DNA from: Bacteroides sp.
GTDB lineage: Bacteria; Bacteroidota; Bacteroidia; Bacteroidales; Bacteroidaceae
NCBI GenBank assembly: GCA_030151885.1
Contig: JASLCG010000014.1
Span: 11,209-43,208, forward strand
DNA: 32,000 bases
Reading direction: 5' to 3'
In this document: piece by piece, positions 1 through 8,658 of the stretch
How the letters are laid out: each line of letters begins with the position of its first letter
Position numbering within the stretch: the stretch's first letter is position 1
Translations under genes and position numbers: made by a program
Notes under the pieces: model-generated
What the model was told of the DNA's origin: nothing
The model's database searches: none
Seen by the model: only the letters and a program-made list of their open reading frames with translations

Positions 1-2
1 TT

Positions 3-752
3 ATGAATAATCAGTTAACAGAACTTCTAACTAATTATGGGCCTATTCGTGCCATTTGGTTTGATGGCTGGTGGGATCAAGATATAAACCCTAACTTCGA
101 CTGGGAACTGCCAGAACAATATAAGATGATTCACGATTTACAACCAGGCTGTATGGTTGCAAACAACCATCATCAAGTGCCTTTTGAAGGAGAAGATATG
201 CAGATTTTTGAGCGTGATTTACCTGGAGAAAATCTTGCTGGACTTTCTGGACAAGAGGTAGCCCATCTACCACTTGAAACCTGTGAAACTATGAATGGAA
301 TGTGGGGTTATAAGATAACCGACTTAGACTATAAATCGCCTAAAGTGTTGATACATTACTTAGTGAAAGCAGCTGGTAGAGATGCCAACCTTTTGATGAA
401 TGTTGGTCCGCAACCCGATGGAGAGTTCCCTTCTCAAGCTATTGATAGATTAAAGGCAATGGGAGAGTGGACTAGAAAATATGGGGAAACCATTTACGGA
501 ACAAGAGGTGGATTGGTTACACCTAGGGATTGGGGAGTTACTACTATAAAGGGGAATAAACTATATGTGCATATTTTAAACTTGGAAGACGATGCTTTGT
601 TTTTACCTCTGCATAGTCATAAAGTAAAGAGTGCAGTAGATTTCCAAACTGGTAAGAAAATACGCTTTACACAAGATAAAGATGGGGTATTATTAAAATT
701 AGGAGTTGTACCAACAGATATAGATCATGTTATTGAAATAACACTTCGTTAA
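3..752 (+). CDS. alpha-L-fucosidase, glycoside hydrolase family 29 (C-terminal part; 5' end lies outside the window)
   Basis: The ORF runs from the window edge. 'IRAIWFDGWWD', 'ETCETMNGMWGY' and 'NLLMNVGPQPDG' are typical GH29 fucosidase catalytic-domain blocks, followed by a beta-sandwich-like C-terminus. Family recognised by motif only. Confidence 0.85.
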   Translation: MNNQLTELLTNYGPIRAIWFDGWWDQDINPNFDWELPEQYKMIHDLQPGCMVANNHHQVPFEGEDMQIFERDLPGENLAGLSGQEVAHLPLETCETMNGMWGYKITDLDYKSPKVLIHYLVKAAGRDANLLMNVGPQPDGEFPSQAIDRLKAMGEWTRKYGETIYGTRGGLVTPRDWGVTTIKGNKLYVHILNLEDDALFLPLHSHKVKSAVDFQTGKKIRFTQDKDGVLLKLGVVPTDIDHVIEITLR

Positions 753-782
753 GTTTTATTACAAAGACTATACTAATAATGG

Positions 783-830
783 ATAAGCGAATTGATTCCC
801 CTCTTGGGTATTAGTTCGCTTATTTTATTT
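783..830 (+). terminator. rho-independent terminator downstream of the fucosidase gene
   Basis: Inverted repeat ataagcgaa (783-791) / ttcgcttat (815-823), with extra inner pairing (ccc/ggg), followed by tttatttt. Confidence 0.6.
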
Positions 831-844
831 TGATGCCTATTATA

Positions 845-1645
845 TTATAAACTTCTCAAAGCACGTTTTACAATATATGCTGTAGCTTTGGACGCAGGGT
901 TATTTTGACTCCATTGTTTGCAAATGCTTTGAACAACATCTGGCTTTGACTTACTAGCATCATTCAACCAGTTTGCTACACTATCTTGTACGTACTTGTG
1001 TGGATCAGTTTGAAGTGCATCGAGTAGTGGAAGTGCCAATTCTGGTTGTTGTTGCATCAGTTTAAACTGCTTACACCACACCCCTTTAGGACGGATAGAC
1101 TCAATAGCAAATCTTCTTAGATAAGCATTCTCACTCTTTACCCATGTTTTTAAAATAGGCAGTGCTTTGGTAAACTCCTCCATAAGTTGATCTCTTATAG
1201 CTACCCAAGATATTTCTCTAACGCCAAAGTGCTGATCTGTAGCCAATGTAAAAATAGCATCTAGTTGTAAGGCAATATCTTGCTTTTGTTCACCTATATA
1301 AATACAGGCCCAACATCGTAACATATCTGCATGGTGACCCACTAGATAAGGTAGTATTTTATCGTCTTTAGTAAGAGCTGCTTGGTTGTAAATGGCTTTT
1401 CCTACCACTTTTATAGCTTGTAGGGCAGTAACATTTTTTAATTGATTAATAGCATCAGTAGCTACCACTATATATGCTTTGGGCAAGGTGTTTTGAACCA
1501 GTTTAGACTGGTCTATGGCTAGCCACTCTACAAGATTAACCGTAGGTATAGTTCCTAAGTTTAATTGCTCTAAAACAGGTGTTGGAATATCACTAATTTT
1601 AACAGCACCTTTACGATTTTTCATCTCTTGCAAGTTGGCATTCAT
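845..1645 (-). CDS. DNA alkylation repair protein (AlkD/AlkC-like HEAT-repeat family)
   Basis: 266-aa all-helical protein. 'LRRFAIESIRPKGVWCKQF' and the C-terminal 'VQDSVANWLNDASKSKPD' resemble the DNA_alkylation (AlkD-like) family. Sits 24 nt downstream of the MBL gene on the same strand. Confidence 0.6.
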   Translation of the reverse strand: MNANLQEMKNRKGAVKISDIPTPVLEQLNLGTIPTVNLVEWLAIDQSKLVQNTLPKAYIVVATDAINQLKNVTALQAIKVVGKAIYNQAALTKDDKILPYLVGHHADMLRCWACIYIGEQKQDIALQLDAIFTLATDQHFGVREISWVAIRDQLMEEFTKALPILKTWVKSENAYLRRFAIESIRPKGVWCKQFKLMQQQPELALPLLDALQTDPHKYVQDSVANWLNDASKSKPDVVQSICKQWSQNNPASKATAYIVKRALRSL

Positions 1646-1669
1646 ACTATAAAGCAGTTCGTTTTTATA

Positions 1670-2473
1670 CTAAAATGTATATAAATCAGAAGGAGTGGTG
1701 CGTTTTAGAGGTAGTAGCTCTACATCTTTTCCCACAATAATATTTTGAGCTCTTAATTTACTCTCGATGGTCTTATATGCTAAGTCTGGATGATTATTAT
1801 CTTTACTTAAATGACACAACCAAATATGTTTCCAGTTGGGTTGATATTCTGTTGCTAGGAATTCTGCTGTATCTTGATTGCTTAAATGGCCTGTTTTACT
1901 AGAAACACGCTCTTTTAAGAACATTGGATATCTGCCCATACGCAACATTTCATCTTCATAGTTGGCCTCAATAACCATGTAATCTGCCTTCTTTAAGTAA
2001 TGAGCCACAGTAGGTGTAATTTCTCCTAAGTCGGTAGCAAAAGTAAAGATTTTATCATCAATCTCTACACTGTATCCAACATTGTCGGTACCATCGTGTG
2101 GCACTTCAAAAGCAGTAATACTAAAATCTTTTATATCAAAAGGTTCTTCTTTTTCAATATACCTAACAGATGTAGAGCTAAGAGGTGCGCTCATACATTT
2201 GTTTCTATTAATGCCCAAATGTACTGCAGCAGTAGTATAAATAGGGATTGTCATCTTTTCGGCTAGATTACCCACACCTTTAATATGATCGGCATGATCG
2301 TGAGTAATTAATACGCCTTGTATTTTTTCTATATCTATACCTACTTGTTTTAGGTATTTTCTTATGGTACGTGTACTTAAGCCCGCATCAATTAGTATTC
2401 CATGGTCGGGTGTGCCCAGATAATAACAATTTCCACTACTGCCACTACCTAGACTTATAAATTGTATTTTCAT
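1670..2473 (-). CDS. MBL-fold metallo-hydrolase (YycJ-like)
   Basis: 'ILIDAG' plus the HxHxDH metal-binding motif 'THDHADH', and a later 'LCHLS' histidine block. Length (267 aa) is typical. Confidence 0.85.
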   Translation of the reverse strand: MKIQFISLGSGSSGNCYYLGTPDHGILIDAGLSTRTIRKYLKQVGIDIEKIQGVLITHDHADHIKGVGNLAEKMTIPIYTTAAVHLGINRNKCMSAPLSSTSVRYIEKEEPFDIKDFSITAFEVPHDGTDNVGYSVEIDDKIFTFATDLGEITPTVAHYLKKADYMVIEANYEDEMLRMGRYPMFLKERVSSKTGHLSNQDTAEFLATEYQPNWKHIWLCHLSKDNNHPDLAYKTIESKLRAQNIIVGKDVELLPLKRTTPSDLYTF

Positions 2474-2489
2474 ATTTTTTCAGTAGAAT

Positions 2490-2522
2490 TAAAAATGCCG
2501 TTGCAGTGTGAACAGCAACGGC
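2490..2522 (-). terminator. rho-independent terminator of the POT transporter gene
   Basis: gccgttgc (2497-2504) / gcaacggc (2515-2522) stem. Read on the minus strand it is followed by ATTTTT (2491-2496). Confidence 0.7.
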
Positions 2523-2556
2523 AAATATACTAAATATTAGAATGGTATTTTTCTTA

Positions 2557-3924
2557 CTATGCTTTTTTGCGAGTAAGCTTACCAAATATTAACAAAGCAA
2601 ATGCAGCAACAAGTCCAATAGCTGCAAAGTAGTACCATATATGGTGTGCATTGCTTGATGCTTCTAACCAAGCTTCATGGCTTTCAAAAAGCTTAGGGTC
2701 TGGACAATATTTACTTAATAATACTCCCGATAGCCCGAAACCAAATATAGAAGCTAAGAAAGAGTGTAGATGACTAAATCCTAGATACATACCCTCTTCT
2801 CCTTTTGGGGCTTGTAATGAGAAGTATTCTAAATAACGTGGAGAGATAAAGCATTCCGCCAGTGCTTGTATGGCAATACCTAACACCATCATTAATGTAA
2901 TGTTAGTTATACCACTGATTAGCTGACTATCGAATGTGTTTCCTAACGACATAACTATTGCCGACAGAGGAATAAGGAACATACCAACATTCATAGATAC
3001 TATGGCGCGTTGTTTCTTCATCCAGTTAGTTATTAAACCAACAAATAGAACTACAACAAATGGGTTTACATTGGCAATCCAACCTGGTTTTGCATCTTCA
3101 CCTGCTAGACGAATTACATATTTAGGCATAGTAGCATATAGTTGGTGCTGAACCATCCAGAAGCCAGTAACAATAAGAATAAGTACCAATAATTTCCAGT
3201 TCTTTAGTAGTTTAGTAAATCCTTTAATAATATCGGACATACTTTTTCCTTCTCCTGCAGTTTTATTAGATTTATATAAAAAGAATACAGCAACAAGCGC
3301 TGCCAGTGTCATAAAGCCAGATAAATAATTCATATATACATAGGCAATCTCTCCAACTTGTCCACGTAGAGGGTCAATAACAGTTTTGCCCGTAAAAGCT
3401 CCAATATTAACCATCATATAGAATATAGAGTACCCTTTAGCACGATTTGCTTCGGTAGTCTCTTTGGCTATTGATGCAGAGATAACAGACTTAATAAATG
3501 AACCCCCAACCATTAGAACAAATAGAATTGGTACAATAAGCCAAGGTGCATCACTCTCTACCAAGCCGTTGTATATGGTCTCTTCTCCATACTCAACAAG
3601 TCCCATACCCTGTAAAAGCCCAGGAAGTAGTCCTAATCCAAAGTATCCAATAGTTAACAGGAAGAAAGCGATAAGCATTGATTTTCTAAAACCAATTTTA
3701 TCGGCATAGGCTCCTGTAAAAATAGGAAGTAAGTAAAGTCCTCCCGAGAATAACCCCGAAATGATACTTGCTTCAATATCATTAAAACCAAGAATGGTAG
3801 AGAGGTAAATGGTTAATACAATAAAAACGCCATAATAGGCCATACGCTCAAGGAGCTCTACAAAGTTACTAATCCAAAAGGCTCGGCTGTAACCCTTCAT
3901 AGCTGGTTGAGTTGAATCTGTCAT
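2557..3924 (-). CDS. proton-dependent oligopeptide transporter (POT/PTR2 family, MFS)
   Basis: Multi-pass hydrophobic 455-aa protein. The N-terminal POT signature ExxERxxYYG is present as 'ELLERMAYYG'. Confidence 0.85.
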   Translation of the reverse strand: MTDSTQPAMKGYSRAFWISNFVELLERMAYYGVFIVLTIYLSTILGFNDIEASIISGLFSGGLYLLPIFTGAYADKIGFRKSMLIAFFLLTIGYFGLGLLPGLLQGMGLVEYGEETIYNGLVESDAPWLIVPILFVLMVGGSFIKSVISASIAKETTEANRAKGYSIFYMMVNIGAFTGKTVIDPLRGQVGEIAYVYMNYLSGFMTLAALVAVFFLYKSNKTAGEGKSMSDIIKGFTKLLKNWKLLVLILIVTGFWMVQHQLYATMPKYVIRLAGEDAKPGWIANVNPFVVVLFVGLITNWMKKQRAIVSMNVGMFLIPLSAIVMSLGNTFDSQLISGITNITLMMVLGIAIQALAECFISPRYLEYFSLQAPKGEEGMYLGFSHLHSFLASIFGFGLSGVLLSKYCPDPKLFESHEAWLEASSNAHHIWYYFAAIGLVAAFALLIFGKLTRKKA

Positions 3925-4071
3925 TTTGATAAAAGTTAGTTAGTTTTTAAAATAATTCGTGCTAATATAGGCATTTGGGTCTTAATTATCTTACATTATG
4001 ATAATAAAATTCAAAATAGTTTATCTATTTGTTTATTACATAGAGCTATCTATTACTAACTATATGGTTAT

Positions 4072-4108
4072 AAAAAATGTGGCTTCTCAAAATAAATGGA
4101 AAAGCCAC
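4072..4108 (-). terminator. rho-independent terminator of oxyR
   Basis: gtggcttctc (4079-4088) / gaaaagccac (4099-4108) stem, followed on the minus strand by ATTTTTT (4072-4078). Confidence 0.65.
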
Positions 4109-4184
4109 GGCTTATTAGTAAATTAAAATTTAAAGGATATTTTATTTACCCATAAAGGTTTTTTTATTGGATAGGTGTCTTTTA

Positions 4185-5111
4185 CTACACTAAGTATTGT
4201 GTGTTATTCAGAGTTTGTAATGTTTTAGGGATATTTTGTAAAATAGTCTCTTTCAGTAATTTTAGAAGAGTGTACCTTACAAAATCTTTATTTGTAATTA
4301 AATTAATTTGTCGGGTTGGTCTTGGAATGGCAAAAGGTCTTACCAACTCTTTTTGACAAGAGTTTAGTTGGTCCAAAGCCAGTTGAGGAATAAAGGTAAT
4401 ACCTTGTCCACTCTCCACCATACGCATAAAGGTCTCCATACTACCCAAGTTATATGCCAGTCTGCTATCTTGTACAGCCTTTAGATTACAAAATTTAACC
4501 AGTTGATCTCTAAAACAATGTCCTTCATCTAGTAGCCATAACCTATCTCCAGTTATATCAGAAGTTTTAATGCTTTCATGTTTAAAAAGGGGCTCTGTTG
4601 TAGCAACATAGCCATAAAACTCTTCGTAAAATAGGACGTCACGCTGTAGGTTACTATTTATAGGTTCTGTTGCAACTATTGCAGCATCTAGTTCACCAGC
4701 GGCCAATGCTTGTTCTATCTTTTCAATTTTAATCTCACTCACCCTTACATCTAAATCTGGATATTTGGCTATGAACTTGGGGTAAAATCGAGGTAATAGA
4801 TAAGGTGCAATTGTAGGTAAAATACCCAATCGGAAGGTGCCCGTCATAGATGACTGCTCTTCTGTAACAATTTCTTTAATATGTTCGGTCTGTATTAATA
4901 CGTATCGAGCTTGTTTTATAATACGCTCTCCAATAAAAGTAGGGCTGATGGGCTGGCTAGTTCTATCAAATAGCTTAACTCCTAGTTCTTCTTCCAGTTT
5001 ATGTATCATGGCACTAAGAGTGGGCTGAGTAACATTGCAGTGTTCTGCGGCCTTTCCAAAGTGGCGATGCTGGTCTACAGCTAGGATATATTCAAGTTGT
5101 TGTAATGTCAT
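4185..5111 (-). CDS. oxyR: LysR-family hydrogen-peroxide-sensing transcriptional activator OxyR
   Basis: N-terminal LysR HTH ('FGKAAEHCNVTQPTLSAMIHKLEEELGVKLFDR'). 'LDEGHCFRDQLVKFC' matches the OxyR redox-cysteine pair region (E. coli GHCLRDQ...FC). The gene is divergent from dps. Confidence 0.85.
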   Translation of the reverse strand: MTLQQLEYILAVDQHRHFGKAAEHCNVTQPTLSAMIHKLEEELGVKLFDRTSQPISPTFIGERIIKQARYVLIQTEHIKEIVTEEQSSMTGTFRLGILPTIAPYLLPRFYPKFIAKYPDLDVRVSEIKIEKIEQALAAGELDAAIVATEPINSNLQRDVLFYEEFYGYVATTEPLFKHESIKTSDITGDRLWLLDEGHCFRDQLVKFCNLKAVQDSRLAYNLGSMETFMRMVESGQGITFIPQLALDQLNSCQKELVRPFAIPRPTRQINLITNKDFVRYTLLKLLKETILQNIPKTLQTLNNTQYLV

Positions 5112-5124
5112 TGATATTATTTAT

Positions 5125-5157
5125 ATAGTGTTATAGATTCTGTCTATCGTAGCATAG
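5125..5157. promoter_or_regulatory. candidate OxyR operator (ATAG/CTAT repeats) in the oxyR-dps intergenic region
   Basis: ATAG at 5125, 5133 and 5154, and CTAT at 5144, within 33 bp. This resembles the ATAGnt-repeat OxyR/LysR box. A further ATAG at 5183 abuts the dps -7 box. Confidence 0.4.
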
Positions 5158-5190
5158 ATTTTATGAGTTGGTGGCTCTGAGTATAGCACC

Positions 5191-5198
5191 TATATTTG
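5191..5198 (+). promoter_or_regulatory. Bacteroidetes-type -7 promoter box (TAnnTTTG) for dps
   Basis: tatatttg lies 54 nt upstream of the dps ATG. A GTTG about 20 nt further upstream could be the -33 element. Pattern match only. Confidence 0.4.
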
Positions 5199-5251
5199 CA
5201 ATACAAAATCAGAACAAAAAGAAAATAACTCAATAAATAAAACAGAAAATT

Positions 5252-5728
5252 ATGAAAACTTTAGATTACATTAAATTAAACGAATCAGGTGCAAAAAATG
5301 TTGTTAATTCTCTTCAACTTTTATTAGCAGACCTACAAGTGTACTATACAAACTTACGTAGTTTCCATTGGAATATCAAAGGTAGTAAGTTTTTCCACTT
5401 ACATAGTAAATTTGAATCACTATATACAGAAGTGGCAGAAAATGTAGATGAAGTGGCAGAACGTATCTTAATGTTGGGTGGTGTACCAGAAAATAAATTT
5501 AGTAACTACCTAAAGATAGCAAGAATCGCCGAAGTAGGTGCAGAGAGTGATGGCGATAAAGCAATTCAAAATATTTTAGATACATTGAAACACCTAATTG
5601 CCGAAGAACGAGAAATTATATCTATCGCAGGCGACAATAACGACGAGGTTACCGTAGCTATGATGAGCGACAACCTTGTAGAACAAGAAAAACTAGTTTG
5701 GATGCTAGTAGCTTATTTAAATAAATAA
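5252..5728 (+). CDS. dps: Dps (DNA starvation/stationary-phase protection, ferritin-like)
   Basis: 158 aa. 'FHWNIKGSKFFHLHSKFESLY...DEVAERI' is the Dps ferroxidase-centre region. Classic divergent pairing with oxyR. Confidence 0.9.
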   Translation: MKTLDYIKLNESGAKNVVNSLQLLLADLQVYYTNLRSFHWNIKGSKFFHLHSKFESLYTEVAENVDEVAERILMLGGVPENKFSNYLKIARIAEVGAESDGDKAIQNILDTLKHLIAEEREIISIAGDNNDEVTVAMMSDNLVEQEKLVWMLVAYLNK

Positions 5729-5817
5729 GGAGTTTATATTTTATATAATAATCACGTAACAATTTGTAAATCACATCTTATTTGGGTATCGTAATATTAA
5801 TAAATTAAATAAGATGG

Positions 5818-5866
5818 AACAGGAGGATAGCTCGCGATGAGCATACCCTCCTGTTTTTATTTTTAA
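5818..5866. terminator. terminator hairpin between convergent dps and the outer-membrane protein gene
   Basis: aacaggagg (5818-5826) / cctcctgtt (5847-5855), followed by tttttatttt on the plus strand. Preceded by a second 10-bp hairpin (catcttattt 5774-5783 / aaataagatg 5807-5816). Confidence 0.7.
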
Positions 5867-5881
5867 TATTTGGTCTATTCT

Positions 5882-6535
5882 TTAAAATAAATAAGCTACT
5901 GATAGGTGTAGATTTCTATTCCTCATTTTATGGTAGTATTTATTTAGATTGGTCATTCCCCAATCATAGCCCATCATAAATTGGTAGTGGTTAAAAAGCT
6001 CTACACCAAGTTTATATCCAAGGCCAAACTCTCCACGATAATCTCCAGAGTTTTTCTTATATAAATCTACATTATGAATGTTGTGACCTGGTTTATTGTG
6101 AATCTCTAATTTCTGTTTCCAGAATCCATAAATACCAAAACCAAAGTATGGACCAGCAGAACCAAAGACAGCTACTTTTTCATTTATTTTGTATCGATAT
6201 CCTAAATGAATGGGTATCTCTATATTGAACATATTACGCTGTACATACTCTGCTGATATGCGAGAATCAAATCTAAAAGACTTTAGAGTGAAAAGCATTG
6301 TAGCATCTGTATAAAAACCATTCCAAAAATGCAATTCATATTTACCCCCTACTAAAAAACCAGGACGTATCTTGTTTTTGGTTCCCACATCTGGCTTTGC
6401 AGATACATTAAAATTTGCACCTGCCACAACGCCTAACTTATGCTGAATGGTATTTTTATGGCCCGTATAGTTTTGAGCATTAGTAATATTAGAGCAAAAA
6501 ATAAGTGCGAAAAGAAGTAAATATGTTTTTTTCAT
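5882..6535 (-). CDS. outer-membrane beta-barrel protein (small porin-like OMP_b-brl family)
   Basis: Signal peptide 'LLFALIFCSNITNAQ', alternating aromatic/glycine beta-strand pattern, and a C-terminal aromatic beta-signal '...LSVAYLF'. Confidence 0.7.
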   Translation of the reverse strand: MKKTYLLLFALIFCSNITNAQNYTGHKNTIQHKLGVVAGANFNVSAKPDVGTKNKIRPGFLVGGKYELHFWNGFYTDATMLFTLKSFRFDSRISAEYVQRNMFNIEIPIHLGYRYKINEKVAVFGSAGPYFGFGIYGFWKQKLEIHNKPGHNIHNVDLYKKNSGDYRGEFGLGYKLGVELFNHYQFMMGYDWGMTNLNKYYHKMRNRNLHLSVAYLF

Positions 6536-6570
6536 AAGATTATTGTATTGAAAATCTAAATATCTTTCTA

Positions 6571-6578
6571 CAAATCTA
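6571..6578 (-). promoter_or_regulatory. candidate -7 promoter box (TAgaTTTG on the minus strand) for the OMP gene
   Basis: caaatcta on the plus strand reads TAGATTTG on the minus strand, 36 nt upstream of the ATG at 6535. Pattern match only. Confidence 0.3.
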
Positions 6579-6660
6579 TATATAAGCCTACTAACTACGA
6601 AATTAATTATATGAAATCTATATTCTAGTTTCTATGCAAGTAGGCGTAAAACATCTTATA

Positions 6661-6801
6661 TGTCGGCAATATACCTCTCTTTGGATGGGTAGTCTGTTCA
6701 TTGCCGATATACCTCTTGTTTATCGGCAACGTACCTCAAGTACATCGGCAACATACTTGAGGTATGTCGGCGACTAATAAAACGTATGTCGTAGAGCTGA
6801 T
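6661..6801 (+). repeat. copy A of a short repeat built from YRTCGGCRAY boxes with 22-bp phasing
   Basis: Boxes: tgtcggcaat 6661, inverted ttgccgatat 6701, tatcggcaac 6721, catcggcaac 6743, tgtcggcgac 6765, degenerate tgtcgtagag 6787. Internal hairpins: 6701-6709/6721-6729 (9 bp) and 6732-6742/6754-6764 (11 bp). About 76% identical to 24162-24247 by manual alignment (65 of 86 positions). Confidence 0.8.
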
Positions 6802-6874
6802 TTAAGCCTGTTGGTAGCATCTCTATCTATTGACTAGATGGTAGTGTTTGCAGTATAGCAGTGTATAGAGTTAG

Positions 6875-7417
6875 TTACCTAATGATAAGGTAGCTTACTA
6901 GAACTAAAAGTATGTTTTTTCTAACCTTTAGTAATCCTTTGTACAGTTGAGCCTCAACCGTTCGTTTTGAAATATTAAGTTGTAGTGCTATTTGATCATT
7001 AGAAAGACCTCTAAAATAAGATAGTGTCATAACCTCTTTACATTTATCTGGAAGTTTATCTATTTCAGCTTTTACTTGTGTTAAGACTTCACTCTCTTCT
7101 TCCAAGTGTTGCAGTTCGTAGTGTGTAAGGTTATTCAATTCCTTTTGTAGTAGGGAGTAAGAGAGGTATTTATTGTGTACATCGAGTTGCCGCAGATAGT
7201 CGATACTTGCAGCCTTAACCCCAAAGAAAAGATAAGACATGATATTCTTATTAAAATCTACCTCTTCAATATTATTCCACAATTTGATAAAAATATCTTG
7301 GACAATATCTTCGGCAGTTTCAAGATCTACGTATTTACACGCAAAATATATAAGCTTAGGAGATGCACACGAATACAGCTCTTTAAACTCGTCAAGATAG
7401 TCTTTAGTGGTTTTCAT
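6875..7417 (-). CDS. RNA polymerase ECF-type sigma-70 factor
   Basis: 180 aa. Region 2 'AEDIVQDIFIKLW' and region 4 HTH 'LSNDQIALQLNISKRTVEAQLYKGLLKVR'. Adjacent to a FecR/SusC/SusD cluster. Confidence 0.85.
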   Translation of the reverse strand: MKTTKDYLDEFKELYSCASPKLIYFACKYVDLETAEDIVQDIFIKLWNNIEEVDFNKNIMSYLFFGVKAASIDYLRQLDVHNKYLSYSLLQKELNNLTHYELQHLEEESEVLTQVKAEIDKLPDKCKEVMTLSYFRGLSNDQIALQLNISKRTVEAQLYKGLLKVRKNILLVLVSYLIIR

Positions 7418-7512
7418 AAGATATTTGGTAAACGGGAAAAGATCTATTGCTCTGATTACTCAATATTACGATATTTTGTTAATATAAACAAATAATGCTC
7501 TTTTTTAACAAC

Positions 7513-7520
7513 CAAATGTA
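7513..7520 (-). promoter_or_regulatory. candidate -7 promoter box (TAcaTTTG on the minus strand) for the ECF sigma gene
   Basis: caaatgta on the plus strand is TACATTTG on the minus strand, about 95 nt upstream of the ATG at 7417. Pattern match only. Confidence 0.25.
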
Positions 7521-7601
7521 ATTACTCAAAAAAAAGAATAGAAATGCGTAAGTAAATAACTCTATCTGTTCGTAGTATGGGTAAAGAGAAGAAAAATACC
7601 T

Positions 7602-8618
7602 ATGCAAAATATAGATCAATATATAGAAGCTGAGTTTAACCATGTAATCCTTGAAGAAGATTACAAGGAGTTACAAAACTGGATAACAGCGAAAGAAGAG
7701 AATAGATGTTATTACGAAGCCAAAAAACAACATCTTGAAGTGAAGTTAATGGAACAGATTAAGGGTAGAGTGTCAAATAATTGGGATAAATTATCGCAGA
7801 AGATAGAAAGTCCTAAAGTTTCGGCAAGAACCAATAAAGTATTACCGTTAGTAAGAAAATACTTCATCTATGCAGCTGCTCTTCTATTGGTTAGTTCTAT
7901 ATTTTTTAATGTGTATGCTTTGTTAACCAAAAAAGAACAAAAGGTTATGGCTAGAAGTATGACCGAATTTTATGTTCCTGCAGGAAGTAGAACAGCAGAA
8001 GTAACTCTTTCTGATGGTACTAAGGTGATGCTTAACCCTGGAAGTAGGATAAGTTACCCAAGCTCTTTTCAAGATAATAGGAGAGAGGTTACTGTATCGG
8101 GCGAAGCTTTTTTTAATGTATGTAGAGATGAAGAAAAACCTTTTGTAGTGCATGTTGGCAAGCAAGAAATTCGTGTATTAGGAACTTCGTTCATTGTAGA
8201 TGCTTACGATGAGTTAGATTACATCAAGACTACCTTAATATCTGGTAGTGTAGAGCTCTGCTTCAAAAAAGACGATGGCGAGTGTACAAAAATATTAGAG
8301 CCGCAAGAGTCTTGCTTATACGATAAGAAAAGCGAAAGTGTAAAACTAATACCTAAGGAGTTTTATAACCCTTCGTTGGTAAGTACAGATACCTATAAGT
8401 TTAAAGACACATCTTTGAAAGAGATCTGTGCCAAGCTTAATCTTATATTCGATGTTGAAATAGTACTATCTGCTGATATTGCAGGAGAGGTTTATACAGG
8501 TACTATATCGCTAAAAGAGCCAATAACACAAGCCCTAAAACTACTTAACTATAAAGAAGAATTCAGCATTCAGAGAATTAATGCAACTAAATATGAGTTG
8601 AAAAGGAAAACTAGTTAA
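7602..8618 (+). CDS. FecR-family anti-sigma factor / transmembrane sensor
   Basis: 338 aa with one central TM helix ('YFIYAAALLLVSSIFFNVYALL'). The periplasmic FecR block 'EVTLSDGTKVMLNPGSRISY...VSGEAFFNV...PFVVHVGKQEIRVLGTSF' is present. Lies directly upstream of an STN-containing SusC. Confidence 0.85.
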   Translation: MQNIDQYIEAEFNHVILEEDYKELQNWITAKEENRCYYEAKKQHLEVKLMEQIKGRVSNNWDKLSQKIESPKVSARTNKVLPLVRKYFIYAAALLLVSSIFFNVYALLTKKEQKVMARSMTEFYVPAGSRTAEVTLSDGTKVMLNPGSRISYPSSFQDNRREVTVSGEAFFNVCRDEEKPFVVHVGKQEIRVLGTSFIVDAYDELDYIKTTLISGSVELCFKKDDGECTKILEPQESCLYDKKSESVKLIPKEFYNPSLVSTDTYKFKDTSLKEICAKLNLIFDVEIVLSADIAGEVYTGTISLKEPITQALKLLNYKEEFSIQRINATKYELKRKTS

Positions 8619-8658
8619 CCAAAAGCACAAAACCTTTTAATACTAAAAATTAATACTT

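Noticed and set aside
6661-6801. Whether the 22-bp-phased repeats are a CRISPR array
   Set aside because: The repeat units are only about 10 nt of conserved core with about 12-nt variable parts. There are four or five units, no unique spacers of 30 nt or more, no cas genes and no leader. This is not CRISPR.
7175-7495. 106-aa plus-strand ORF overlapping the ECF sigma gene
   Set aside because: It is antisense to a CDS with clear sigma-70 region 2/4 motifs, and its translation is low-complexity (I/F/K-rich). The same reasoning applies to the other short antisense ORFs in the track. These are 91-273, 2936-3151, 3464-3709, 4837-5028, 7923-8165, 9698-9943, 10520-10753, 11227-11469, 12018-12254, 14774-14959, 15305-15511, 17107-17328, 18422-18613, 19419-19634, 19826-20062, 20740-21145, 23162-23452, 26515-26742, 27656-27871 and 28209-28484.
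7418-7601. ECF-type promoter (-35 GAAC-like / -10 CGT-like) upstream of fecR-susC
   Set aside because: I could not find a convincing match by eye. Any call would be guesswork without a transcription start site or an alignment of orthologous regions.
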